The notes beneath the pieces were generated by a model, which worked only from the letters and a program-made list of their open reading frames with translations, searched no databases and was not told the origin of the DNA. From Octopus vulgaris (Eukaryota), in contig OX597832.1 of the NCBI GenBank assembly GCA_951406725.2, positions 38,440,001 to 38,504,000 of the forward strand: a stretch of 64,000 nucleotides of DNA, in the 5' to 3' direction. A program made the position numbers and the translations under genes. Positions within the stretch are counted from its first letter, which is position 1; each line of letters opens with the position of its first letter. Positions 42,094-55,885 of the stretch are shown here, in pieces.

Positions 42094-42929
42094 AGTATGT
42101 ATGTATGTATGTATGTATGTATGTATGTATGTATGTATGTATGTATGTATGTATGTATATATATGTCATCTCGGGACACTTGCAGCAATAAATGCCCCGC
42201 CGACGATGTGTATAGATTTATTATGATACATAGATGGCTATTTTCATAAAATCCTGTCTCAATTTCCTATATGGGGCATCTATCTGCAACATCAGCAAAT
42301 GTTTCATTCATTTTCTCCTACAACAACCATGACGAACTCTCGTCTGAGCATGTGAACCACTTGCGAGTATGTGCAAAGCCTGGAATGCATCTGAGGCTCT
42401 CATTGGCCGTTGTTAGGCATGTTGGGAAGAATTTTCGTCTCTCTTCCACTCTCTTTATATCTCTGTGTTCCAAGGTGCCACTCGGTGGAACTGAACATGG
42501 AACCATGTGCCTGGGAAGTAAATAACTTACAACACAGCCATGCCCACACCTGTATATATACCACGCGCCAATATGTTTATCACGGACCAAAACATTTGTC
42601 ATTTGTTTCATATTATATTATTCTTATTATTGTTATTGTTATTCAATTTGCTCATTATATACAAGTACGTGTAAATTCATCATTATTTTATTCATTTTGT
42701 TCAATTTCAGAAAAATTTAAGCATACCTTTGACAATTCCTGACATTATCGAACTTATTTTGTGTGCTACTTTTGGTCTACCCTGTGTGGGCGACTTTTAG
42801 GCAAGTATATAGATTTTAAGAAACTGACCCTGAATGGGAAGATCTGCAAACTGATCTCTGACTTGTCTTGGAAAATTTGTTGCAATTGCTTCGTCCAGAA
42901 TCATATTCCAACGATGATCATATTCGTCG

Positions 42930-43350
42930 TAAAAATTTAAAAAATCATGTAAAAAAAGTCGCTGAAAGCAATCTCAGTAACGAAAACATAGAAATTCAAA
43001 ATTTCAGGATCGCAGGTCCGGATTCAGCCTGGAATGTTTTTAATTAACTCACGGAGTTAGACTTTAGATTAGAAAAAATGTTATCGCACAAAACAATTTG
43101 TGCCAAAAACTCACGTAAAAATCGCAGAAAACAATCACAGTAATAAAAACTTGGGAATCCAAAATTTCAGGATTTTGAGTCCGGATTCGACCCGGAAAGT
43201 TTTTAATTTACTCATGGAGTCAGCCTGATTCCAAAATGGTAAGATATGTAAAGTTGGAAACGTGTTGCACTCTGAGAGACTGAAAGTTATTTTCTTTTGT
43301 GTAACCGGAATTCCAGTGAAAATTTTACACCTAAAACTTTTGGTTGGTCT
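42930..43350. repeat. Interspersed repeat with two internal subrepeats; related copy at ~49400-49600
   Basis: aaaatttcaggat...gtccggattc..ccggaa.gtttttaatt.actca.ggagt occurs at ~43000, ~43160 and ~49455. Confidence 0.7.
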
Positions 43351-43367
43351 CATGAAATATAAATGTT

Positions 43368-43710
43368 AAAGGGTAAAAGACCCCCTTCGGTCATGAATGA
43401 CCAGGGGATTGCAACTACAAAGTTAACCACAAGAACACAAATCCGAGCAAGGTTGTTTATGGAAGACTAGCAGTTATCGATACTTAACAGCTTCCCCTCT
43501 CTGCATCACTGATTTTATCCTAGGGAAAGGCAAAGGGGCCGATACAGCTTGAAACCAGTGACGTCCCAACTCATTTCTACAGTTGAGTGAACCGAAGCAA
43601 TGTGAAATAAAGTATCTTGCTCAAGAACGCAACACAGTGCAGTCCGGGAATCGAACTCACGACCTCATGATTGCAATCTCGACGCTGTAACCACTGAACC
43701 ATGCGCCTCA
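43368..43710 (-). mobile_element. tRNA-derived SINE family D
   Basis: Reverse complement: gaggcgcatggttcagtggttac...gagttcgattcccgg...tcttgagcaagatacttta. Related heads at ~12900-12995 and 57630-57752. Confidence 0.8.
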
Positions 43711-44904
43711 TGAAATACGACATGCCTAGGAAATCGAAATTACTTCGAACTCTCTAAAAATGTGAACTATTACTCTATTCATGCAAACTTCACGCAGTCT
43801 ATTTAAACTTAAAGGGGTTTGTTAAAGAAAATATTTATTAGCAGGAGAGGCAGTATTAATACTTATCCCCACGGCCCCTGTCATTAATGAATACTTTTAA
43901 ACAAACTCACAAACTGATCGCGACAACAGCTTCTGTTCAGTCACTGTTATTCTATATATCGTTGAGCATCCAACATTGACAAGACCAAGAAAGGTCGAAA
44001 TCAAGCGAACTGGTAGTCTCGGTGCTATAGGTGGCGAGGATTTATCTCTCTCCGCTAGTAATATAAACAAGAATGCATTCTGCACCAATAGCCTATATGA
44101 GAGTTTCTTTCATAGCAACTGCCCCAGTATGCTTAGTTCTAACAGAAAATCCCCTTTAAGTGGAGATAAATATTACCTGTTATGAGAGTTTATCTTACAT
44201 CACGGGAAGATATATTTTTCCCATTGAATCAAATGTGAAGACGAGAAAGAATCTTCAATGAAAGAAAAGAAAAAGCGTTTCCAGTGTTTTCCAGAAAAAA
44301 GTGCTTTCATGCCACTAAAGGCCAACGTTCATTGCAGCTCGTCAAAAGAGAACGATAAAATAGGGATCAGTCTTTAACAACAAAATTACTGTGATCGATT
44401 TTCTTTGGTCAAACCCTTCAAGATGGTGCTCCAGCAAGGCTGCAGTTTAGTGACTGAAACAAGTAAGAGAGGGATAAAAGATGTCACCAAGTTGCCTAGT
44501 TTTAAGATAGGATGGGAATTAGAGGGAGATTTAGCTGTCCTTCCGGTTGGCTCTTCACCTACACCCCTAGATTACCATGTTTCGCAAACTCAGTTTGCTT
44601 CGAGGATTATTTTGCCACTTGATCAAAAGTCCGTTGGGGTTTGTTGGTTTTTAAGTGTTGGGGGAGGGGAAGAGGCATGGGTTTCTCTGTCTTTCAATTA
44701 TTTTATTTACATGTTTTGTTTTGTTTTGTTGTATTTTGTGTCAAAGTATCAGATCAAGTGTTATGAATCTACCATTAAGATATCCATACCGCATACACAC
44801 ACACACACACGTACGCACGCACACACATGCATCATACAAACATATACACATACACACACACATATATGTATATATACGTATGCATGTATATATATATGTA
44901 CATG

Positions 44905-44944
<40 letters not shown>

Positions 44945-44947
44945 CAT

Positions 44948-44986
<39 letters not shown>

Positions 44987-46039
44987 AACACACACACACA
45001 CACACACACACACAGGTATGCATATTTCTTGCCACTTTATATTGTCATTCTGAATATCAACAACACCGACATCAACAATAACAACAACAATCACAACAAA
45101 AACAATGAAAAAGAAAAAAAAAAGCTACAAGCAAACAATAAGCTAAAACGCTAGCTTTCCTATTTGTCAGTGTAATATCACCAGGAATATATCAAGGTTT
45201 ATTTACTGCTTCCAACATTAATCTATTTATCAAATAACAACCAAGTGATTATGTCGTCCATAATATAATGATACAGAAAGCAATGTATTATAGCTGCCAG
45301 TGAGTTCCACCCGAAGCCATTATTACTGGATCAGTTTACATTAAGTTGACAATATATACACCGTCTTAAAGGCGTTAAAATGAATTATAAATTTGATTGT
45401 AAATGGAACTTGTATTTTATTTTCTGAAGTTGTGCACGCATACACGTATACACGTATACGCGTATACACGTATACGCGTATACGCGTATACATGCATGCA
45501 TACACAGAGGGTGTGCATACACAAGCGCGCAAGTACACACGTATTGACATACACATGTTGTATTAAAGCAATCTTTGTAGACAGGGAGCGATACTAGCGA
45601 TCACGTACACCAACATACAAATACACATACATACATACACGCATACACACACACACACGAACACGTACACACGCGCGCACACAAACGATTACACACAAAT
45701 GAACGCAGAAAGAGAGAGAGAGAGGGGAGAAGGGCGCACAAAGAATATACACCCACGCTGTATATACGTATAATTACGTATATGTGCAGGGGCATGAATG
45801 TATGTATGTATGTATGTATGCATATGTGTATTTATGTAAGCATGTATGTATAAATGTGTATGTATATATGTATATATGTGTATTATATGTGTGTATGCAT
45901 ATATATGCATGCATATAAATAAATATATATATATATATATATGTATGTATATATATATATATGCATATATATATATGTATATATGTGTATGTATACTCAT
46001 AAACATACATCCAAATATATATATATATATATACAATCA

Positions 46040-46240
46040 AAGGCAAGCAGGTCAAGACTTCGAAGTCACTTAAAAGGTTCCTTGTCAAAGTTAATACGTA
46101 CTCTACTAAAACATATAGAATAATTCTTCAGCTTAATGATAAATTTTTAGTAGAATATATATTCAGCAGAATAAGTATTTACTAACTTAATGTAAGGAAA
46201 ATGTTGACAGTGACTTCGCAGTTTCGATTTGCTTGATTTT
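46040..46240. repeat. Imperfect inverted repeat (MITE- or fold-back-like) next to (TA)n
   Basis: caagcaggtcaagacttcgaagtcact versus agtgacttcgcagtttcgatttgcttg. Inner arms tctactaaaa/ttttagtaga. Confidence 0.6.
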
Positions 46241-46803
46241 ACATACACAGAAACACGTGAGTGTGAGTGTGTATATATGGAAGTATATTTGTGATAAACA
46301 CTTGTATGGCACGAGTACCACTCGAAGTCTTCGTAATAAATACCCAGTACCAGGCCGAAACGAAAATGACCAGCAATCATGTGAAACCGTAGGTATAGTC
46401 TCGTAGACTCAGAGACTTGTACTCGTATTGTACAAGAGTCTATTACTGTAATCCAATGATGCAAAGACCTCTCTTCAAGATTACCTCATTCGTTGTTCCA
46501 TGTACTGCAGGCCTAACTAGTCGGAAAGCGCACAGTAAGTTACAACATTCGTTTTTTCACTTATGCTCCAAACCATGCAGATCCGCAACGGGAGCGAATA
46601 TTCGTGTGAGTGATCACGGATGGAAAGTCCGTAATGGCATTGACAAGTATTAGGAGACCAAAACTGAGAAGACATTTCACCTGAATTACCTTGTGAATAT
46701 CAGAGCGATATGAAGATTGTCAAGACGCCTCTCTGTCCTCAAAACACAGGTGTGTTGTATTCACCTTAGTAAATTATTCACTTGGACATTAATATGTGGG
46801 TGT

Positions 46804-46850
<47 letters not shown>

Positions 46851-46952
46851 ATGTATGTATGTATGTATGTATGTATATTAATATATTGACATATGTATGC
46901 ATATATACATGCATATATATATATATACACATATATATATATATACATATAT

Positions 46953-46983
<31 letters not shown>

Positions 46984-48096
46984 TACATATACACACATAT
47001 ATATGTTTGTGTGTATGTGTGTGTGTAGTCACGTATGTATGTATTTATGTATGTATATATTATTTATATGTGTGTATTATATCTGTGTCAAAATAGTATT
47101 TTCGGGAGACAATATGTAGTTCCAAACGTTTTTATGTTTTTATATATATTTTATAATATGAGGATAGCTTTTTGTATACTTTTTGTTATTCTATTGTTTG
47201 TTGTGTTTTTGCTAAGATGCGGTTCTCGTCTTCTTTTTCACCCCGTTCTTCATTTCTATTTTTTATTTATTTGCTTTCTTTTTCTTCTTTTTTTCGTTCT
47301 CTTACTTTTCCTTGCCAAGGTAAAATTTATTATTTTCAGTTTCAACTATATCTTCGTCCCCGCCCTCATCTCCAACACCAACTCCAACACCACCACCACC
47401 ACCACCACCACCATCAACATTACCAACGCTGACATCGGTACGATGATGAATGAATGACGAGATTAGAAGGGGGTGAGACGGAAGAAGGGGAAAGAAAAGT
47501 GTATGTGTGGGTGGGTGAGTGGGTAGAGTTGTGCTAGTGTGGCTGTTGTGTTCACGTATTCGGTATTTGGTGCAAAGGTGTCCATTTACACCTGTAACTA
47601 CCAATCAAGTTAATGTCACAGTTTCATGACATCCTGTCTCTCTTACAGGAATTTTGCTTGTTTTTTTAATGGCGGATTTTAAAAATGCGAGTTAACTGTA
47701 AGTGAAGCTGAACTGGTGAATTGTCGAGAATTACTTACTTCTCGATCTAACCGTAACTAAACATTAACTATAATTGATCGAATAAGCCACTTAAGAGTGG
47801 ATATATTATCCAGAACGTGGGGTATATCCAAAGATATCTGATCAGGGGTTTCCCTAAATATAAGCGTTGTCAGAACTGTTAGACCGTTCGATAGAGTGTC
47901 GTACCGTCTTCGTTCTCTGCACTTGCAATTGAAATTCCGCAGAGGTTAAATTGGCCGTTCATCCTTTCTTGGTGGGCAAACCAGTGCAGAGTTTGGTTAA
48001 TTTTTCTCTTCTACCGCTTTCCCTCCCCATCTTTCTTTTCTTTCGAACTCTCTATCTTTCTCGCTTTTTCTCTGTTCAGATCAGGAGACGGATAAA

Positions 48097-48190
<94 letters not shown>

Positions 48191-48196
48191 TGTATA

Positions 48197-48237
<41 letters not shown>

Positions 48238-48242
<5 letters not shown>

Positions 48243-48570
48243 AAATAAGGAAAGATGGAAAATACATCTTAATCAATAATTCAGTAATCAACTACCAGAT
48301 AATACCCAATCACATAATTTAGTGGTTTAATAAATTATGTGATTGGGTATTATCTGGTAGTTGATTATTGATTAAGGTGTATTCCTCCATTTTCTTATTT
48401 TGTATTATGAATTTGTGGTAAAACATTTTACCTTTGCCCATATAATACAATAAATGAATTAATTGCATCGCAATTCTTAACATTTATGTATTAACTTTGT
48501 TGGGTGCTTTACTAGCAGTATATTGGATACTTGTTATCTCATGGTGGGTTGCACTCACAACCCCTATCTC

Positions 48571-48575
<5 letters not shown>
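48238..48575. mobile_element. (TA)n-flanked element with fold-back at 48238-48405
   Basis: taatcaactaccagataatacccaatcacataattta / taaattatgtgattgggtattatctggtagttgatta is a perfect inverted pair. The tail is homologous to 26730-26820. Confidence 0.75.
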
Positions 48576-48631
<56 letters not shown>

Positions 48632-49003
48632 ATGTGTGTATGTGTGTGTGTGTGTGTGTGTGTGTTCCGTGGCTATCTGCTGACAGCTTTTTCCGTCGTG
48701 TATGAGTAAAATACCCTATCTCTCTGCCGTTTTCACGGCTTTACTGCGATCGAAATGTTACTCTATTGTCAGAATGATACGATACACATTCGACACTTCC
48801 ATATATATATATATATATATATATAAATTCTATAATCATGAGTATAATTATAATTAGGGTTCAGCAAAATTTGCTTCACCACATACCGAAATTTAGAAAT
48901 AGCAGTTAAACTACTATTTCACTACTACAATAAGAAAATCTCCCAGACAGCAATACTCAACAACCCACGGAAAAAAAGTAAAGAATCCACCTGGCTCTGA
49001 TTA

Positions 49004-49086
49004 ACTGTATACGCGTTTCGGAGTTAGAGTGACGTGAAAAATGTAAAACCATATTTCTACTCACTTATTCCCCTCTTCAGTACAGT
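49004..49086 (-). ncRNA. Minimal type-I hammerhead ribozyme (canonical core) in a TA-adjacent element (~48825-49400)
   Basis: Minus strand: ACUGUA-CUGAAGA-GGGG...CUCC-GAAA-CGCG-UA-UACAGU. 6-bp stem I and palindromic stem III ACGCGU. Confidence 0.88.
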
Positions 49087-49647
49087 ATTCCAAATTTTAA
49101 ATTTGAGAGCACTGATAATTAACATACGCATTCGACCAAGCGTCATCAAATAGCATATATCCAAAGAGCAGTACTTCCGAATTCAAACAGACGAATGAGA
49201 TCTCGTATTCCTCTTTATTCACCCACGTGTGCCAACGAGTAAAATTCCGCAGAAACTGCAGTTTACTATCAGGGTCAGAATTATATTATCAATAATAGTA
49301 AAGAGTAAGATTAATTAATTAATTAATTAATAATCAATAATTTTACCAAGTAGTTTGGTATGTTAAAAGAATCATTATCGGTAAACTTATACAAAAATAC
49401 ATCATGTAAAGAAATCGCCGAAAACAGTCGCGGTAATGAAAACATAGGAATCTAAAATTTCAAGTTTACAGGTCCGTATTCGGCCCGGAATATTTTTAAT
49501 TTACTCACGGAATCACCATGATCCCAAAATGGTGTGACATGCTGAGCTACGGCCTCTAGGAGTAAAGTTGGAAAGGCGTAACACACTGACATTCACATTT
49601 ATTATATTATTAAATTATATTATTATATCATTTTATTATATTATGTT

Positions 49648-49868
49648 AAGGTAATAAGTTGGCAGAATCGTTAGCACACCGGGCGAAATGCTTAGCGATA
49701 TTTTGTCTGCCGTTAGGCTTTGAATTCGAATTCCGCTGAGGTCAACTCTGCCTTTCATTCCTTTCGGGGTCGAAAAAATTAGTTCCAGTTACGTACTGGG
49801 TCGATGTAATCGACTTAATGCCTTCCCCCAAAATTTGAATCCTTGAGCTTCCAGTAGAAAGGATTTAT
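49648..49868 (+). mobile_element. SINE family A
   Basis: ttggcagaatcgttagcacaccgggcgaaatgcttagcg...cctttcggggtcga. Confidence 0.85.
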
Positions 49869-50226
49869 TAAAGTTGTGTTTTGTAAACGACAGACTATGC
49901 TGATGATCTTGCAGATGTTTGCGTGTCCATATACGTAAATATTAACAAGTGAGACCAATTGGTACATAGGTAATCGTTTTTTTATTTCGTATATTTTCAT
50001 TTGTCTTGCTTATTTTTACACTTTGTTTTTTTTTTGCTGAGATTTTCCTTGAGAACACATTTTTTGTGGTAAATGGCGATTTGACGTCTATGTTTAGCAT
50101 ATAGGCTGTCCAGTTTTAGTGGTCATTCCTCTAAATTTTGTATGTGAAACAATTTTTAATCTTCGGATTTTTTAAAATATGCTAAGCCACTGGTTTTAAT
50201 TGAATAATATCAATTTCTACTCTTAT

Positions 50227-50258
<32 letters not shown>

Positions 50259-50422
50259 TGTGTGTATGTATGTATGTATGTATGTATGTATGTATGTATG
50301 TATGTATGTATGTATGTATGTATGTATGTATGTATGTATGTATGCATGTGTGTGTGTGTGTGTAAATGCAATATGTAACAATTATTCGGTAGCCATGATA
50401 AAACTCCGAGTTTCGGATGCCA

Positions 50423-50483
50423 GATAACTGAAGAGATGGCGGCGTGGATTTCCACCTCGGTATCCGAAACTCGGAGTTTTATC
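50423..50483 (+). ncRNA. Minimal type-I hammerhead ribozyme within fold-back element 50361-50590
   Basis: GAUAA-CUGAAGA-GAUGGCGGCGUGGAUUUCCACCUCGGUAUCC-GAAA-CUCGGAG-UU-UUAUC. 5-bp stem I and quasi-palindromic stem III. Inverted arms at 50361-50421 and 50459-50519. Confidence 0.78.
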
Positions 50484-50585
50484 ATGGCTACCGAATAATT
50501 GTTACATATTACATTTACAGATAAATTCCTCTATTTACATAATATCGAGGTCTCTTTCTTTCTTTTGTTGTCTTACCATTTTTAT

Positions 50586-50665
<80 letters not shown>

Positions 50666-51367
50666 GATAAGTTTCTTTCAGTTTCCATCCTCCATCTTCA
50701 CACAAAAGTCTTTGATCGGTCCAAAAGGTTAAAAGAAAAGTCATGCCCAAAGTGCTACGCGCATTGGGATTGAACCTAAATCCATGTAGTTGGAAAGAAA
50801 ACTTCTTACCACACAACATTGCCTGCATGTACAGGTATACGTATATGCATGTCAGTAGGTAAGTTTGCAAGAATGTGAGGTCGGATACACAGCTAAAAAT
50901 GCTTTCTGAAAATTTTACAATTCCATAATCGCAAATGCGGTGGTGATACCTGCTGGGCATATAAACCATATTAGCTGACACTTTCGTTACAACTTCACCC
51001 AAACCTGCATTCCAAAACTAGCACCGACACCCTAAATCCATGTTTTACCTGCTTTTAAATTTATATGTCTGTGGACCTACAGGTTTCAAGGGTTCACAGA
51101 ATGGTGTTTAGTGCAGCGCACTTCATCCACGTAGGGTACACTTGCGCGTAAAATACACGACTGGACTTTATGCAGTTTTACGCACAAATATGTGAATACG
51201 ATATGTAGATATATGCAGACTTTTAAGCAGGTGGAAATATGTGCGTGTGTGTATGCGCATGCGCTTGTGTGTGTGTGTATGCGGTTACTGGTGCGCGCGC
51301 GCATGTATGTGCACAAGCGCAATCATGAACACACAAAAACACGAACACACAAAACCACGAACACGCA

Positions 51368-51405
<38 letters not shown>

Positions 51406-51556
51406 TCCTCTCTCTCTCTCAAACACCCACGCGTGCATCAATACAAATACATACACACGCGAAGGTATATAAAATAATGTGTGTGTAAGTGTGTGTGAGT
51501 GTGTATGCGTGTATTCTTACATGTATATGTATGTAAGCATGTGTTTTGAGTGTGTG

Positions 51557-51629
<73 letters not shown>

Positions 51630-53070
51630 AATATGTAAATACGAGTACGTGAGCATTTATGTATGTATGTATCTATGTGTGAATATGATTATTTCTTGAA
51701 TTTTCTGCTGCTTAAAATAAAGCATATTACTCTACCACTGGTATTTGAGTACTCTTTTTGTTGTTTCACATTTATGTGTTTACTCCGTATATATATATAT
51801 ATATATATGTGTGTGTACATGTGTGTATATGTGTGCATGTATACATGTAATTGTACGTTTGTGTATGTGTATATATATACATATATATATGTATGTTTGT
51901 ATGAAAACAACCACCATTATATACTTTTAGAGTTTTTTTTTTGTTTGGTGTATTTATATATATGTATAGGTACAGGTCTTTAAATAATGCAGTTATGTAC
52001 AATAAAATATAAGCGAATATATATGTTCAGTTTTTGTGTTTGTGCGAATGTGCAATTACATAGATATATAAATGCTATGACGGTGTTTATTATTTTATTC
52101 CTTCTTAACATTATTCCTTAACTATTATTCATTATTCATTTTGTTTTAAAGTTACAAATGGTCGAGTCCTATATATTTCCAGTGGATCAGTCTCGCTTCA
52201 TATACTTACACGGTTTGCATTTTCTATCTCTATTTTCTATCATTCTTTCGAACCTGACATCGTTTCTGTAATCCATTTGGATTTTAGCTTAATATCAATA
52301 CTGCAATTGGCAAGTTCTGTTTTGCTATAGTGTGATGGCATTTCAAAATGTGTCTTTCTTTTATTTTAATTATATTCTCCTAATTAGATAGCCTCATAAA
52401 GATACTATATTATTCAGTTAAGCAGAATTAGCATACATTTTCTCCAATTATATTTTGTCATGGACTTTGAAGCTATACCTTTGCATATCAATGTCTTTCC
52501 ACCTTTCAACCTTTACTATTTTACCCGTCATACCTAGATGCATAAAACATCACCTACGACATTTAGGGCTAAGCATGCTACGCAATATAGACATATTGGT
52601 TATTTATCTTTTAAAGCGATATCATCCAAAGTTTTGTTCGCTTGGAAGAGCCTGCGTTTAATGTTGAAGAGTCAACTGCAACAAAATGCAAAATATAACT
52701 AAATTCTTCAATATTCAAATATTACAAAAGCTGTCTGTGAGTCAAATAAAATGATGCAGAAAAAGGCATGGAATGTTTTTAAATACAAAGACAGCAAAGC
52801 TTCGTAATAGTTCAGTTTTGATACATGCGGTGCTGCAAACAGAATACATACATACATGCACACATATATACCTATATACATACTGTATATATGTATACAT
52901 ACACCAATAGTTATATATATATGTAGTTATGTATGCATATATATATATGTATATACATACACATATATACATATATACATAATATATATGTATGTATGTG
53001 TATATATGTATATACACATACATACATATATATTTATATTATATTATATACATACATATATACATACATA

Positions 53071-53544
<474 letters not shown>

Positions 53545-53598
53545 GTGACTGGACATACCTTATTATATGATTGAACACCACGCATCCATTTCCAAGTA

Positions 53599-53637
<39 letters not shown>

Positions 53638-54094
53638 TCAAAAATGTTACTGATATCTCTACAAAAGACCGTATCCAGCCAGACTGATATCATTTTATTA
53701 TACTGTATATAAAGAACGAGGTTATATACATCTAGCAAAACTAGATACAAACGTGATATGTACCGAATTATATTATAGCCTATATAATATCATGTTAAAC
53801 TAGAATATTTTTTTATGTACTTATAAATGCGTACGTGTTACGAAAAATTTAATAACCTCTTCTAAGTACACACCCATATAACCGCCATATATAGATACAT
53901 GTTTATACAATTTGTATATATATAATATATATATATATATACATATATATACATATATGTGTGTATGTATGTATAGATATGTGTGTGTGTCTGCGTATGC
54001 GTGTAAACAATAAACAAATAAAAAGGAAATATGCGTTGGTGTATCTTCTTCACTTGATAGTCTAATTCACTTGATATAGAGTTCTATCTTTCAG

Positions 54095-54371
54095 CTTGTT
54101 TATAAACGAGTGTGCTTCTCGACAGGCCAACCATCTCTTCACCACCTTTAATATTGCCGTCCCTGCAGGTTCTGTACAGAAGAAGTCGGCAGTAGCAGTT
54201 GCCAGAGTTCTAACACAACAATTTCTGCTATTCAACCGTAGAATACGCGCTGCCAAAACACAACATAGCACGCTGGGAAAATCTGGGAACTGGGTACGAT
54301 TAAAATCAAAGTATCGGGCTGCTGTACTTGAACTCAAAGACCTCATTCCGCAGGAAGCAAGGGATTTTTAA
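54095..54371 (+). CDS. Candidate terminal coding exon of an unidentified host gene (91 aa)
   Basis: Branch-like CTAAT at 54062-54066, polypyrimidine ttctatctttcAG acceptor at 54093-54094, then a high-complexity open frame LFINECASRQANHLF...LKDLIPQEARDF*. No recognisable TE motif. Confidence 0.55.
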
Positions 54372-54703
54372 ACATACCTCTCATCGTGGTGCGGTTGGAT
54401 CACGTGACCCAGTTCGAAGACCATGCTGCGACGAGTTCGTTCTCACGACGCGTCTTGAGGTGTGTGGGGCGATAAAGATCTGCAAACCTCGAGTGATTTA
54501 CTTTCTGTTTTTGCGTAGGATTTTGATGTCATTCATACAACATCACAAGAGCATACATGCAAGCAGACACACACATACACACACACGCACACACACACAC
54601 ACACATACACACACACACACATACACATACACACTCAAACAGATACGAACACAAATACAGACATACGCGTACGCACATTCACAAACACACACACGCAGCG
54701 CCG

Positions 54704-54774
<71 letters not shown>

Positions 54775-54997
54775 TACGCACACACACATGTATATTACTG
54801 TGAATTAGAGGGAGACAATATTATCCGGGCGGATACCGTGATGAGTTTTAATTATGTTCCAGGTTACGTTCCTAACTGCATCGATTAGGATTTAACGTCA
54901 CTGACTTCCGTGAATTATCACTCACGCTGTAAATTCCTCCCATGGGTGAAAATTCCGTGTTAGTCTCCTGGATGGTAATATCATCTGAAGTGTATAT

Positions 54998-55289
54998 TAG
55001 TAATAATTATAACGATATAGAATATGGGGACTTGTTCATCCTCAGAATTTAATTCCTTTTATTTTACAATTTCATACAAAATATTTTTATGCTTATTCCG
55101 ACCTACACGTGTTTCCACCAGTACGTCAACAGGGCATACTTTTTCTGTGCAGCTTTGTTCAGGGTCTGTGCACCACGTGTAAGGTCGTATTGAATTCATA
55201 AAAATGTGCTGTAGGTAATTGTAAAAATATAAGGAAATAAATTATTCTGAGAAAGAAGTCTCCATATTTTATCTTTTTATAATGATTGC

Positions 55290-55292
<3 letters not shown>
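54998..55292. mobile_element. Diverged fold-back element with a degenerate hammerhead at its centre
   Basis: aatatggggactt...ctcagaat...ttttacaatt...tttttatg...cgacctacacgtg versus cacgtgtaaggtcg...cataaaaat...aattgtaaaa...attctgag...aagtctccatatt. Confidence 0.7.
55100..55166 (-). ncRNA. Degenerate minimal hammerhead (core CUGAACA)
   Basis: Minus strand: GACC-CUGAACA-...-GAAA-CACGUG-UA-GGUC. Stem I and palindromic stem III are intact, while G8 and stem II are decayed. Confidence 0.55.
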
Positions 55293-55374
<82 letters not shown>

Positions 55375-55409
55375 AACACACACACACACAAACACACACA
55401 CATGTACAT

Positions 55410-55580
55410 ATTGCTGTTCGTAGTTTACGTCCTTGAAACTTAACGGTTCGGCTAAGAAAACCACCGATAGAATAAGTACCAGGCTTTAAAATAATAAGTA
55501 GTAGCCTCTATTCGTTAGATTAAAATTCTTCAAGGCGGTGCCCCATGGGTGCAGCCTAATGACCGAAACAAATAAAATTT
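55410..55580 (+). mobile_element. SINE family B 3' fragment
   Basis: tttacgtcc...cttaacggttcggc...accgatagaataagtacc...aaggcggtgcccc. Confidence 0.7.
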
Positions 55581-55666
55581 AAACGATGTATATATGTGAC
55601 CTCGTGTGTACCGTTGGCGATTTTTTTCACTCTGTCTTCCCTTCTCTGGATCTTTCCATCTCCTAT

Positions 55667-55702
55667 GTTTCCGGACGAAGAGCTCCGCTCGAAACGTTAA
55701 AC
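55667..55702 (+). ncRNA. Ultra-minimal hammerhead-like motif in a ~205 bp (TA)n-flanked element (55596-55800)
   Basis: GUUU-CCGGACGA-A-GAGC(UCC)GCUC-GAAA-CG-UU-AAAC. Covaries with the 28316 motif. The core is non-canonical in this copy. Confidence 0.6.
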
Positions 55703-55834
55703 CCTCCTTCTTTCCTTCTTTCCTGAGCGTCCAATAATACTATATTTGTTCCACGTCCTCGCGTTGTTGTGTTTTTGTACTTTCTTGTTTGGATTAACTA
55801 TATATATATATATATCTATATATCTATATATCTA

Positions 55835-55885
<51 letters not shown>

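Noticed and set aside
42180-42450. Possible LTR-retrotransposon RT remnant on the minus strand
   Set aside because: The resemblance is only vague, with no intact diagnostic motif.
46090-46137. CUGAAGA on the minus strand inside the 46040 hairpin
   Set aside because: There is no GAAA or stem II in register, so it is too degenerate to call a hammerhead.
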